This document shows positions 34,401 to 43,648 of a stretch of 56,565 nt of DNA, piece by piece. The first letter of the stretch is position 1; every line of letters begins with the position of its first letter. Origin of the DNA: a virus. Lineage: Duplodnaviria > Heunggongvirae > Uroviricota > Caudoviricetes. The notes beneath the pieces are model-generated. The model was given only the letters and a program-made list of their open reading frames with translations, searched no databases and was not told the origin of the DNA. Made by a program: the position numbers and the translations under genes. The DNA lies in IMG/VR virus record IMGVR_UViG_3300043788_000176, positions 1 to 56,565 of that record. One strand, written 5' to 3'.

Positions 34401-35859
34401 CGGCAGTCAGCAGTCCGAGATCCCAGAGAACCAGCTGCGAGAGGCCCAAGCGCAGACCGCGCAGATTACCAATGCGCTATTGCCAATCCAAATGCAGGCG
34501 TTGGCGGGTGGCCAAGGGGCACCATCAGGCGGACCGTTAGGCCAGCCCAGCGGCACAACGGGCACGAGTGGAGCGGGGTCTGCTGCGGTGACAGGAAGCC
34601 CAGCATCGGCGGCTGGGGCAATGCCGTCTGGCCCACCCCTGACGCCCGGTTCCGTACAGGGCGCAAGCGGCATGCCTGAGCCGGCCAATCTCGGTCAGAA
34701 CCCACAGTTCGCAGGGCTGGACAGCCAATATCAGGCGATTGGCGCACAGATAGCGCAGTTGAAGCGGATCATTCCGCTGTACCCACAGCACGCGCCAGAA
34801 CTGACGGCGTCGCTGGCGAGCCAGATGGACAACTACACCAAGTTGATGCTTGGTGATCCGCGGATGCAGGCGCAGGCCGAGGCAATGAAGGACTGGGCTG
34901 CAGTTGCGCCGAAGGCGGTGCAGTCCGAGAATGAGGCAGAGTCTCGATACAACAACACAGCAACGCGAGCCCCGCCAGGCAGCTATATGTATAGAGGCAG
35001 TCAGGTGGTTGGTGCGACTCCGACCGTGCGCACAGTCACCGATCCGGGTAGCGGGGCTAAGTCGGAGCAATTCTTTGCGCCACCGCTGCCTGGGCAACAG
35101 GGCGCATCACCCGCACCGCAGCAGGGGCCAGCCGCAACCCAATCGCCAGCGGGGGCCGGCGCCCCGGCTGAGGATGGCGCGCTGGGCAAGTCTTGGCAGA
35201 CCGAACTTGGCCCTGGGCAGAAAGTATCTCTGGAGGATCGCGCTAAAATTGAGCAGGCTGGACGAGAGGAGACGCTGAAAGAAGCGCAGTCGGCGCAAAA
35301 CCAGCAGTCCACCCTGAACGTGATGAAGGACAACGCCGCTAATATCTATACTGGCCCTGGGGCAAGCTACGTCGGCGACTTCAACAAAATTGCTCGGCTA
35401 GTAGACCCAGCTTACGATGATACTGTTGCGGCCCGCGAAAGCTTCTTGAAGAATGGCGGGAATTTGATCCGGCAGGCGACCCGCGAATTGTCACCGCGCG
35501 CGGCATTCCAAGAAGTGCGATTTGTCCAGTCCACGCTGCCGAACCCAGATATGTCCCCGAAGGGACTGAATGCGGTCATTGGCGAACTGCAGGGTCTGAA
35601 CGACTACAAAATCGCCAAGGCGAACGCCCAAGCGCAGTGGGAAGATCAGCACGGCGGCGTCGGGCATGTCGAAGGCTTCGAAAGCAATTGGCAGGCGAAA
35701 GCGCCGGTGACCCCGTACACCTTCATCATTTCGAGGATGCCGCAGAACGAACGGCAAGAGTTATTTGGCAGAATGGCCACGACCGATGAGGGGCGGGCGC
35801 AATTGCAGCGTTTTGCGCAAGAGCGCCAAACCGCAACAGCGAACGGGTGGACGCCGTGA
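31444..35859 (+). CDS. Large DNA-ejection/internal virion protein with lysozyme-like domain
   Basis: MGKSSGG, Q-rich pilot N-terminus (AFGGDREAV), low-complexity linkers, GESRG..HAAGLLQ..TW..DFSPASQ lambda-lysozyme-like motif. Confidence 0.85.
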   Translation: MGKSSGGTNTVETQSAPPAQFLNAYSGAVSNAQNLAAQPYQQYSGSLLAPLNNEQLNAAYNAPSLSSNATPYLNEAQQYFQNAATPITATPFSTSQVNQYLSPYTQDVTSSLQNLFNQQNATQLSQVQGNAAAQGAFGGDREAVAAAQTAGQQQAQEAPVLAQNLQTGYNTALGEFNAQQQANLQAQQATGWLQQGAGYGVGNLGQENYNIGQGTLGTEASLGGLLQQQAQEGLNIPYEQFIAQQSYPYQEAGWEANIAEGLGGASGGTSSTQYPGPSALSQVAGLGLTGTGILGATGAFGSGGYLTGAGGLADELLGNAGSFAPAAGAASDAALALGPELATATDFSGGLAGAGAAILGAQSGGRIPRQDGGGSNSSAAPTPTSNALQSLLVNQLLYGGGSGSDYAAGGRIRRQAGGPLSTPYSGLTIPGMPTLQSAMGQANAPQGPQPSQPPNLSSGYVPTPPPSAGGRGIPTGAGAGMQQQQQQPVMQALQTLQALKGLKGLFPGDSSDTPAASAGGAVTLGTPYQGFDDGGAAIQQAGQSGTGGGTPLSQGLLQQYLQLPLEQLQELAQRAPPTTPQGQSIQRALQLKHMNPGSGIGGAGAPQPPASPQGLAATPAPTGPATSGLSPVLAANWKGGRIGRQEGGDIPGLSVAADSAFAQPQSPDVDIPGVSIATAPNAQVLTQKGDEAPQKAASQMVPGGAGLTAPPKANATSDLPTPSLANPPRPESSTAATTLDNNAPPSLGGRGSLPDAKSIGVNPLVYNYLVNHVAPGESRGNPNALYGSGTFSDMSQHPADAGWKGGTGPGGQPTHAAGLLQDEPDTWHRIQLATGVSDFSPASQIKGNAWLAQQTYHDRTGRDLATDLAAGKTAQVDQALSGQWPSLASKQGGKPSLANGPQLGTGAGAGPALTAPFSQDNSGGGGGGLDLSQLSRLTGTQRTATGDFYSSPWMPLIAAGAGMLASRSPYPGVALGEGLETGLKTLGSQQSEIPENQLREAQAQTAQITNALLPIQMQALAGGQGAPSGGPLGQPSGTTGTSGAGSAAVTGSPASAAGAMPSGPPLTPGSVQGASGMPEPANLGQNPQFAGLDSQYQAIGAQIAQLKRIIPLYPQHAPELTASLASQMDNYTKLMLGDPRMQAQAEAMKDWAAVAPKAVQSENEAESRYNNTATRAPPGSYMYRGSQVVGATPTVRTVTDPGSGAKSEQFFAPPLPGQQGASPAPQQGPAATQSPAGAGAPAEDGALGKSWQTELGPGQKVSLEDRAKIEQAGREETLKEAQSAQNQQSTLNVMKDNAANIYTGPGASYVGDFNKIARLVDPAYDDTVAARESFLKNGGNLIRQATRELSPRAAFQEVRFVQSTLPNPDMSPKGLNAVIGELQGLNDYKIAKANAQAQWEDQHGGVGHVEGFESNWQAKAPVTPYTFIISRMPQNERQELFGRMATTDEGRAQLQRFAQERQTATANGWTP

Positions 35860-38800
35860 GCGACCCGGTTTTAGACGACATCGGAGCTGCACTCCAGCAA
35901 ACACCCCAGCCCCGCCCAGCGTCTGGCAACGCGGCGCCATCACTACCGGCCGCGACCACCACCGACCCAATGCTCGGCGATATCCACGCCGCGTTATCAG
36001 GACGACAAGCCGTTCCCAGCCAAGCCAAGGCTGCGGGCAAGCCCGAGCCATCGGCCGCGCGGGATGTCGCTTCGGGATTGGTGACTGGAATTGGCGCCCA
36101 AACTCTCGGCGCGCCAGTTGATCTGGCATCCGAGACAATTAACGCTGTCACTGGGGCTGCGCGTAGTCTAGCCTCAGACGTTGCCCATCCAGTTGATACG
36201 CTGACCGGAATGCTGCCCGTCGTGGGCGAGGCAATCAATCCGGGAGGCGCGACGCGAGATATTCAGCGGCAAAGAGATATCTTAGCCACGCCATTGATTG
36301 GTGCAGGTAACTCACAAAAAGCCCAGACCCTGAGCGGGCTGGTGACTGGCAATAAGCTGGAGTCCCAACCTACTGCGCCAATTCCTGGCGGGTCGGAATG
36401 GTTCAATCAGGTGCTCGGTGCCGCAGGATTGCCGACAACTGAGAATACGCAACCAACGACGGCGGCTGGCAAATTGCTACAACAAGGAAGTCGGGCCGCT
36501 GGTGCGTTTGCGGGGCCTGGGATCGCCGGCAAACTAGCAGGCGCTGCGGGATTGCCTGCTGCTGACGAAGCGCTGTCGGCATTGGCTCCCGGCAATATTA
36601 CGCAAAATCTGGCGTATGGTGCGGCGTCTGGCGTGGCCGGGGAAGCAGGCAAGGAATTGGCCCCTCCAGGTTACGAGCGCGCAGGCGAGACCATTGGCAG
36701 TCTGGCCGGCGGCATCGTTCCGGCTGGCGCTATCGCAGGAACTGTCGGACTCGCGCGGGGGGCACAGCATATTTTGCCACCGCTGACCGCAGCAGGGCGC
36801 GAGGCGGCGGCTGGCAACCTCGCATCACAGGCACTTGAACGCAGTGCTGCCGATCCGAATGCGGCGTTTGACGCGTTGCAGGATCGGGTCGAGGCAGACA
36901 ATGCCGAACTGATCCCTGGCTCAAAACCGACGACCGCTGAGTTGGCCAATGATCCCGGCTTGGCCACGCTAGCGCGGACGCGCGCCCGCCAAAACCCAGA
37001 GATGGCGACAGCGGTCACCGAGCAGCGCGCCGAGAACAATGAGGCTCGTGTCAAAGCGTTGAAGGGTATGGCCCCAGAGACCGCGACGCCAGAGGCCGCG
37101 CAAACCGCATTAAGTCAGCATTTACAGAACATTGACGATTTGGGGGCGAAAAATCTGGAGGCGGCGCGACAGGGTGTCGAAAACACCTTCGAGCCAGCCA
37201 CTACAGCGTTGGAACAGCAGGAAAATCAGGCGCAGCCCGAAGCAACGGATGCCGTCAATAGCTTAGGCGGCGCTGAGGCGATGGGGTCGGCAGAGGAACG
37301 CGCCGCTGCCCCCGCCGCTTACGGGGCCGCGATGCGCGACCCGGCACAAGAAGCCTACGTTGCCGAGCGCAGCCGACTCAACGACTTACGGCAAGCTGTT
37401 GATCCCTCGGGCACGATGGGAATGCGCCCCGATGCCGCAAAAGCGGCGGTGGGCAGCATCATTGATACCTTCAAGCCGGAAGGCGGGGTGATGTATAGCG
37501 GTGCCGAGCGGCACCTTTACGACACGGTGAACGAGTGGGGACCGCTGATTCCGATCGACCAGGCATTCCAGATGCGCGCCAACATCAACGGTCGGCTGGC
37601 GCAGGCGATGGACCATTCGCCGCAGGAAGCCAAGCGGCTTCTGATGCTAAAACAAGGGGTTGACCAGTCCATCTCGGACGCGGTCGGCGACACGCAAGTG
37701 GCTGAGCAGGCTGGTGCTATCAACAAGGATGCGCCGCCGATCGAGGACCGCATCGCGGGGCTTGCGTCAACCCCAGGGATGGGGCCATCTTTCATCCAAG
37801 ATGTCGCTAGAGCATACGCATCCAACCCCACCGCTCTCCGGGCCGCAAGAGGAGACGAGACGGGGCGTGGCATACTTGCAGCGGCAGACCGCCAAGCTGA
37901 GCCCGTTCCAGCGGGAACAGTGGTTGGCGGTGGTGGAGAGGGGCGCGATCCGAACGGGGGATCTAGCGGTGGTGCGGGCGGTGAGGGAGTTCCGCAAGAG
38001 CCTGCGCTAACGCCGCTGACCGACGAGGCGCGCCAGCGTTTCGCCCAATGGAATCAAGAATATGCCGAGATGAAGCGGCAATTCCAGGGGGAGACTGCTG
38101 GGAAGCTGCACGCCGTCGGCAAGATGCTGCAAAAGGGCGGTGCCTACGACAGCTTCAAACTGGCTGATTCTCAAGTGCCTTGGCTGTTTGTTGACGGCAA
38201 GCAAACTGCCAAAGAAGGCATTCAGCGGTTTCTCGCCGCGACGCCGCCAGAGGCGCACCAAGCACTTGATAACGCCTATAGTTTTTCCCTGCGCCGCGCG
38301 GCCCAAAACCCCGACACAGGGGCGCTTGACCTGCCAAAGTACAATCGCTGGCTGACGGCGCATGAGGCAGGACTTTCTGAACGTCCTGAACTACTTAACC
38401 AGTTTAATACCGCCGCCAAGGCGCAGCAGCGACTGAACGACATCCGAAGCAATCTGGCTGATTTGCAGAAGTCATATGCCGATGCCCTGAAGGGAGCGGA
38501 GAAGGGGGCGACCAGCGATCACCTCGATGCGCGGAATGCCTTCACCAAATCGGTTGCTGGGCAATTCATCGGCGACGATCCCGACAAGGCAATCATGCGG
38601 GTGTTCACTGGCCCCGATCGGGCGCAGAAAGCCCAGACCTTGATGGGGCTTATGTCGGGGAACAAGCCAGCAGTCGAGGGTCTGCAGCGCGCTGCGATTG
38701 ATCACATCATCGAAAAATATTCAGGTTCGGCAATGGCGGGCGCCGAGAGCGGCTATCTCAAAGCGCAAAAGCTGCAGGATTTTATCGCAGCCAACCGCAG

Positions 38801-39563
38801 TGTTCTTGATGTGCTGTTTCCGAATGGCCTGTCAAAGAATTTTGACGCGCTGGTCGATGACCTGAAGCGCTCCCAGTTGGTGCCGAACGCCAAATTACCG
38901 GGTGGTTCCGACACCATGCAATTGCAGAACGCCGCGAAAGAACATGAGGTCGAGCCGGACAAAGGGAATCTTCTCCAACTGGCGACAGCTTTCGCCGCTG
39001 AGCGGGCTGGCGAGGCGCTGACTGGCATTCCCGGTGCTGCCATCGCTGTACCGCTGACAATGCGCTGGCTGAAAGGCAAGTCGAGCGCATTGCAGTTGCG
39101 CTCCAATCAGATGCTCGACCAGATGCTGCTTGATCCAAAATACGCCGTTGAGATGCGCAACGCTTACCCAGCAAAAGGTGAAGTCGTGCGCCCAGCCGTG
39201 ATGAACCGCTTCGCCGCGCGGGTCGCGCAGAACGCAGTACAGTCGGCGCACGGCACAGATTTAACAACGCCTCAGCAGAGGGCTGGCTACAAAGCGGGCG
39301 GCTCAGTCGCTGACGACCCAGTGCGGGGGATGTCAACCGAGATGCAAGGCAAGCACCTCGCCGATCTCGCAATGAAGATTCGCCAGCAGCATTTCGCCGA
39401 TGGCGGCGGTGTTGCCGGTGACGACGAGTCAGACCAAGACGGCACCGAGGATGATCCGCGCGGTCTCCCAATCGCCGCTCAGGGTGCCCATCTTGCTGAT
39501 ATGGCCGAGAAATACCGCAAGGAAATGCGCGCTCGCGACGAGGCTGCGGTGCCGGCCGATTGA
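35847..39563 (+). CDS. Large DNA-ejection/internal virion protein
   Basis: 1238 aa A/Q-rich helical protein following the pilot protein; GTG start (35847 or 35856). Confidence 0.85.
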   Translation: MDAVSDPVLDDIGAALQQTPQPRPASGNAAPSLPAATTTDPMLGDIHAALSGRQAVPSQAKAAGKPEPSAARDVASGLVTGIGAQTLGAPVDLASETINAVTGAARSLASDVAHPVDTLTGMLPVVGEAINPGGATRDIQRQRDILATPLIGAGNSQKAQTLSGLVTGNKLESQPTAPIPGGSEWFNQVLGAAGLPTTENTQPTTAAGKLLQQGSRAAGAFAGPGIAGKLAGAAGLPAADEALSALAPGNITQNLAYGAASGVAGEAGKELAPPGYERAGETIGSLAGGIVPAGAIAGTVGLARGAQHILPPLTAAGREAAAGNLASQALERSAADPNAAFDALQDRVEADNAELIPGSKPTTAELANDPGLATLARTRARQNPEMATAVTEQRAENNEARVKALKGMAPETATPEAAQTALSQHLQNIDDLGAKNLEAARQGVENTFEPATTALEQQENQAQPEATDAVNSLGGAEAMGSAEERAAAPAAYGAAMRDPAQEAYVAERSRLNDLRQAVDPSGTMGMRPDAAKAAVGSIIDTFKPEGGVMYSGAERHLYDTVNEWGPLIPIDQAFQMRANINGRLAQAMDHSPQEAKRLLMLKQGVDQSISDAVGDTQVAEQAGAINKDAPPIEDRIAGLASTPGMGPSFIQDVARAYASNPTALRAARGDETGRGILAAADRQAEPVPAGTVVGGGGEGRDPNGGSSGGAGGEGVPQEPALTPLTDEARQRFAQWNQEYAEMKRQFQGETAGKLHAVGKMLQKGGAYDSFKLADSQVPWLFVDGKQTAKEGIQRFLAATPPEAHQALDNAYSFSLRRAAQNPDTGALDLPKYNRWLTAHEAGLSERPELLNQFNTAAKAQQRLNDIRSNLADLQKSYADALKGAEKGATSDHLDARNAFTKSVAGQFIGDDPDKAIMRVFTGPDRAQKAQTLMGLMSGNKPAVEGLQRAAIDHIIEKYSGSAMAGAESGYLKAQKLQDFIAANRSVLDVLFPNGLSKNFDALVDDLKRSQLVPNAKLPGGSDTMQLQNAAKEHEVEPDKGNLLQLATAFAAERAGEALTGIPGAAIAVPLTMRWLKGKSSALQLRSNQMLDQMLLDPKYAVEMRNAYPAKGEVVRPAVMNRFAARVAQNAVQSAHGTDLTTPQQRAGYKAGGSVADDPVRGMSTEMQGKHLADLAMKIRQQHFADGGGVAGDDESDQDGTEDDPRGLPIAAQGAHLADMAEKYRKEMRARDEAAVPAD

Positions 39564-39592
39564 CCTGCATGTTCCACTCTAGGAGATACCCA

Positions 39593-40012
39593 ATGGATTT
39601 TAATTTCGTGAATCGCAAACTCGGCGAAAAGTCCGATGCCGAGAAGAGGCTGGATGCTGCGGTTTCTCAGCTTCAGAAGATAATCGTCTGCGAGGATGGG
39701 CTTCCCGGCCCGTACTGTCAGACGGGAATGGCCTATACCGAAATTCGGTCAGGCTGTGTCTGTCAAGAAGGTTCGGGAGTTACAATTCTTTATAAGACTG
39801 GCGCTCTGGCTGTTTCTGCGTGGCTGGATGCGGTCAAGGGATGCCTCCCGACCCTTTGCAAGGATGACTATTGCCTTTATTGGCGCACGCCACCGCGGCT
39901 GTCTCAAGTGTCGGTTGATCTGCTTGACTCGGAAGGCGAGCCCGAAATTTGGTATTCAGTCTACTGCCATTTGGCGGTTGACCGTCGGCCTGCGGTCAGA
40001 ACCGTGGTATAA
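39593..40012 (+). CDS. Hypothetical protein
   Basis: AGGAG RBS, ATG 39593. Confidence 0.6.
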   Translation: MDFNFVNRKLGEKSDAEKRLDAAVSQLQKIIVCEDGLPGPYCQTGMAYTEIRSGCVCQEGSGVTILYKTGALAVSAWLDAVKGCLPTLCKDDYCLYWRTPPRLSQVSVDLLDSEGEPEIWYSVYCHLAVDRRPAVRTVV

Positions 40013-40013
40013 T
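40003..40013 (+). promoter_or_regulatory. Extended -10 promoter (TGnTATAAT)
   Basis: cgTGgTATAAT about 90 nt upstream of the GIY-YIG gene. Confidence 0.55.
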
Positions 40014-40105
40014 CAACGGTCGCCCCACGCTTGGGCGGCGCGAGCAATGTCCCGATGTCGGCTTTGCCAATCTCAACCGCAATCAACCACCTTCGGAGGT
40101 GCCCG

Positions 40106-40951
40106 ATGCCTATCGTCTACAAAGCGACTAACAAGGTTAATGGCCATCACTACGTTGGGATGACGCGAAAGACGCTGGTTGCCCGACGCAGGCGGCATGA
40201 ATCGGTGGCTTTTTCCAGAAACGCTAGGGATCAAGCGCCGCGGCTGTGTTCCGCCTTGCGCAAATATGGGCGAGGCGTTTTTGAATGGGAGGTTATCGGG
40301 GAGTTTGAGACCGCCGAAGAGGCCATTGTTGCCGAGGCCAAGGCGATAGCGGCCCAGCGCCCAGAGTACAACGTCAAAGAGGGCGGAGAATTTACCCCTG
40401 TCGGCGCTGGGCAGAATCGTATTTCGATCATTTGCCTCGACCGTGGCGAAATTTTTCCAAGCATGACAGTTGCCGCCAAGGAATATGGTCTGTGTCTTTC
40501 GGAGGTTTCGGCCGCGTGTAGAGGCGACGCGCTGAGCGTCAAGGGACTGCACTTCATGGTTGCCGAACGGCCTATGTCTCTGGAGGACTGCGCTGAGGCG
40601 ATCAGAACGAAGATTGCCACCCACGTCCTGCAGAGGTCTTGGCGGTCGCGCTCTGTTGAATGGCGGCAACAAGAGATGCGCCGCCGCACAAACGGCAACC
40701 ACGACGCCGTTAACCCCGGCAACCAGTATCGCGGGGTCGAAGATGGTAGGGATGTTAAGGGTCGATCGGCGGCTGGTCCCATACGTTTGTCGCGTGCAGT
40801 CGTGTGCCTGGACGATGGCATCGTGTATCCGAGCGCCAGCGCCGCCGCCCGCGCATACGGGGCGGCACGAAGTGCCGTGATCGAATTATGTCTCGGCAAA
40901 AATGGTCGCCGAACCGCTAGTGGCCATCGCTTTTCTTATCAGGACTACTAA
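40106..40951 (+). CDS. GIY-YIG homing endonuclease with two NUMOD1-like domains
   Basis: IVYKATNKVNGHHYVGMT; two IICLD.G.I(F/Y)PS...AA repeats; GGAGGT RBS. Confidence 0.92.
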   Translation: MPIVYKATNKVNGHHYVGMTRKTLVARRRRHESVAFSRNARDQAPRLCSALRKYGRGVFEWEVIGEFETAEEAIVAEAKAIAAQRPEYNVKEGGEFTPVGAGQNRISIICLDRGEIFPSMTVAAKEYGLCLSEVSAACRGDALSVKGLHFMVAERPMSLEDCAEAIRTKIATHVLQRSWRSRSVEWRQQEMRRRTNGNHDAVNPGNQYRGVEDGRDVKGRSAAGPIRLSRAVVCLDDGIVYPSASAAARAYGAARSAVIELCLGKNGRRTASGHRFSYQDY

Positions 40952-40953
40952 TA

Positions 40954-41445
40954 ATGGCATGGCGTTATCACGGTCGCGCTCGGGTAGATGCAAGATATCC
41001 AGAATCGTTTGGCGTCTGCGATAGATGCAATTTTTGGTTTAATTTGGTTGACCTCGCTTACCAGTATGACTATCGCGGCCCCCAACTAGCGAACCTAAGA
41101 TTGCGAGTATGTCCGAAATGTATAGACCGCGCGTTCGTTTTCTACCGTCCGTTGATTTACCCGCCAGACCCTGTTCCCGTAAACGACCCTCGGTTGCAAA
41201 ACTTCGCCGCCGCCAACCAGGGCACCTACCCGTTACCGCCGTTGCCGTGGCCGACGGTGCCGATTGGCCCGCAGCCGACGCTGACTCTCAGCAGCGATAC
41301 GGGAGTCGGGTTGACTGGGGACACTGGGACGCCGTTGACGCCGGACAATCCGTATGCGCTGCCGCCGTCTGACCCAGCGAATAGCGGGATTGGGGGCAAT
41401 CCTCCGCCGCCATTGGATGTGGGGGCGCTGTTTTCTGAGCCGTAG
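40954..41445 (+). CDS. Conserved virion-module zinc-finger protein
   Basis: GVCDRCNFWF..VCPKC; Pro-rich tail with LTGDTG motif. Confidence 0.8.
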   Translation: MAWRYHGRARVDARYPESFGVCDRCNFWFNLVDLAYQYDYRGPQLANLRLRVCPKCIDRAFVFYRPLIYPPDPVPVNDPRLQNFAAANQGTYPLPPLPWPTVPIGPQPTLTLSSDTGVGLTGDTGTPLTPDNPYALPPSDPANSGIGGNPPPPLDVGALFSEP

Positions 41446-41460
41446 TCACTGCGGCGTGGG

Positions 41461-41471
41461 CGTGGTATAAG
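41461..41471 (+). promoter_or_regulatory. Extended -10 promoter-like motif
   Basis: cgTGgTATAAG, first 10 nt identical to 40003-40012. Confidence 0.45.
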
Positions 41472-41545
41472 GGCTATGCCCCTCGCCTTGGGCATTAGGA
41501 AGCTGGCATCTCGCGCGCTGCGGCGGTGTCGCGGACTAGCCACTA

Positions 41546-43648
41546 ATGACCCGAGCAAAGCGCTGGTTTCTGATTGCCGCAGCGACCGTTGCGTCTGGTT
41601 TGTACGCTGGGGCGGCGCATGCGCAGAGCGAGACCTGGTCTAATTTTGTTACCAATGCGCCATCATTGACGCTGCCGTGTCTGAGTTCCGATTTTGTCCC
41701 GGTTGTTCGTGGCAACACGACATTTCACATCGCGGCAACCAACGCCTGTAGTGGTGGGGGTGGGGGCAGCGGCACGGTCACCAGCATCGGCACGACGGCA
41801 CCGCTATCTGGCGGGACAATTACGACGGCGGGTACGCTCTCGCTGACTGGGCCTTCGGATCTGACGACATTTACGGCTAACGCGATCCCGATCGGCGCTG
41901 GCGCTTCGCCATTCGGCGCGATCGGCCCCACGGCAAGCAGTCTGGCTGGGTGGAACGCGAGCGGCGTGGGCTCGGTTATCGCGCTCGGCACGAACTTGTC
42001 GATGTCGGGATCGACGCTGAATGCGACAGGCGGCGGTTCCGTCAGCGTTACGGCGGGCGACACCAGCATTGTCGTGTCGCCTTCTCCGCTTACGGGAACG
42101 GGTACGATTGAGGTCGGCGGCCCCTCGCACCTGACGACATTCGCGACCGGCGCGTTGCCTCTCGGCAACGGCACGTCGCCATTCTCCGCGCTTGCTGCCA
42201 TCAACGGCGATTGTGTGATCGGTAGCGCGGGGGCGTGGACTGCCGGCAGTTGCACGGGTGCGGGCACAGCTTTCAGCGCTCTTGGCGGCGGGACTAACAC
42301 CACTGCCGCGATGCTTGTGGGCTCTGGCGCATCGCTAGGTGCCACGGGATCAGGAACGCTCACGGCGACGGCGGTTCCGTTGAGCGGGATTACTGGGTTC
42401 GGGGCTGGCGTTGCCACGGCGCTCGGAATAGCGCCAGGAACCACAGGATCATTTGCGACACAGGATGGCTCAATCACGACTGGGCACTGCTTGGAGTGGG
42501 GACCTGGTGTTGAGGACGCCGGGTCCGCGTGCGGAAGCGGGGGATCAAGCGCCTTCAGTGCCCTCACCGGGAGCACAAATACGACAGCGGCGATGGTCGT
42601 CGGCTCTGGTGCCTCACTTACCTTCACTGGCTCCGGCACCATCAATGCGTCCGCAGTGCCACTGAGCGGTTTGACGGGCCTTGGCACTGGCGTCGCGACG
42701 GCCCTCGCGATAGCGCCTGGGACCACGGGGTCGTTCACGACGCAGGACGGGGCGATCACGACGGGGAATTGCTTGAAGTGGGGGCCGGGCGTCCAGGATA
42801 ATGGCTCCGCTTGCGGCGGCTCGACGACGATCACCCTCGGCCCCGGCCTTGGCAACTCGCAGACGACCCTCAACGGTACGAGCACGGCGCAGACAGTCAC
42901 GAACTCCTCGACCCTTTATACCCAACTAGGCACCTACGCGCAGACCGCATCTTACACGCTCAATGCCACGTCGGGCGGCACCGCACCATGCTCGGCCGGC
43001 GTTCTGTGCGACCTATCGCGTGGCCTGCTGGCAAACGGTTCCGGGTCGATCGCCTACACCGCACCGAACCCGGCCGGGACGCTGGGCGTCTACCAGATCG
43101 GCGACGAGAGCGGGCACGGCTATACGGTCACGACGGTTGGCGGCACCGCGACTTTCTTCGGCTGCGCTACCGGCTCTCCGACGACGATCACGGTCCCAGC
43201 CAACAATCAGGTCGCGCTTTCGGACCAAGGCTCGTCGGCCAATTCCTACTATTGCTCGATGCAGCCACAGAGCGGCGCGGTGGGGCTCTCGTCGGCGAAT
43301 ACCTTCACCAACACGAACACCTTCACCGGCAACGTGATCGCGCCACACCCGGCGGCGCTGACTGCAACCGGGAACCTCGACCCGACCTCAACGAATATGT
43401 GCGGCGGCTCGATCGCCTATAACAGCAGCTCGGCTGGAACGCTTTCCGTCCTTAGCTCTTGGCCGATCGGCTGCAATGTCAGTGTCGTCGCGATCGGAAC
43501 GGGGTTGGCGACGATCGCGGCGGGAACGGGCACCGTTCACTCGGCCTGCACGACGGTTCGCACACGCGCGCAATACTCGATCATCTGGATACGAAACGAC
43601 GCCGATGCTGGGGCCGGGGTCGTCGAGGTTGGGGGGGATTGCGGCTGA
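41546..43648 (+). CDS. Long tail-fibre-like protein with signal peptide
   Basis: MTRAKRWFLIAAATVASGLYAGAAHA|Q; G/S/T-rich repeats; C-terminal RAQYSI module. Confidence 0.85.
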   Translation: MTRAKRWFLIAAATVASGLYAGAAHAQSETWSNFVTNAPSLTLPCLSSDFVPVVRGNTTFHIAATNACSGGGGGSGTVTSIGTTAPLSGGTITTAGTLSLTGPSDLTTFTANAIPIGAGASPFGAIGPTASSLAGWNASGVGSVIALGTNLSMSGSTLNATGGGSVSVTAGDTSIVVSPSPLTGTGTIEVGGPSHLTTFATGALPLGNGTSPFSALAAINGDCVIGSAGAWTAGSCTGAGTAFSALGGGTNTTAAMLVGSGASLGATGSGTLTATAVPLSGITGFGAGVATALGIAPGTTGSFATQDGSITTGHCLEWGPGVEDAGSACGSGGSSAFSALTGSTNTTAAMVVGSGASLTFTGSGTINASAVPLSGLTGLGTGVATALAIAPGTTGSFTTQDGAITTGNCLKWGPGVQDNGSACGGSTTITLGPGLGNSQTTLNGTSTAQTVTNSSTLYTQLGTYAQTASYTLNATSGGTAPCSAGVLCDLSRGLLANGSGSIAYTAPNPAGTLGVYQIGDESGHGYTVTTVGGTATFFGCATGSPTTITVPANNQVALSDQGSSANSYYCSMQPQSGAVGLSSANTFTNTNTFTGNVIAPHPAALTATGNLDPTSTNMCGGSIAYNSSSAGTLSVLSSWPIGCNVSVVAIGTGLATIAAGTGTVHSACTTVRTRAQYSIIWIRNDADAGAGVVEVGGDCG
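42272..42817 (+). repeat. Tandem intragenic duplication, period 282 nt (94 aa)
   Basis: FSAL.G.TNTTAAM.VGSGASL...GTTGSF.TQDG.ITTG.CL.WGPGV.D.GSACG occurs twice. Confidence 0.9.

Noticed and set aside
41725-42900. 391-aa minus-strand ORF
   Set aside because: Antisense shadow of the Gly/Thr/Ser-rich fibre gene.
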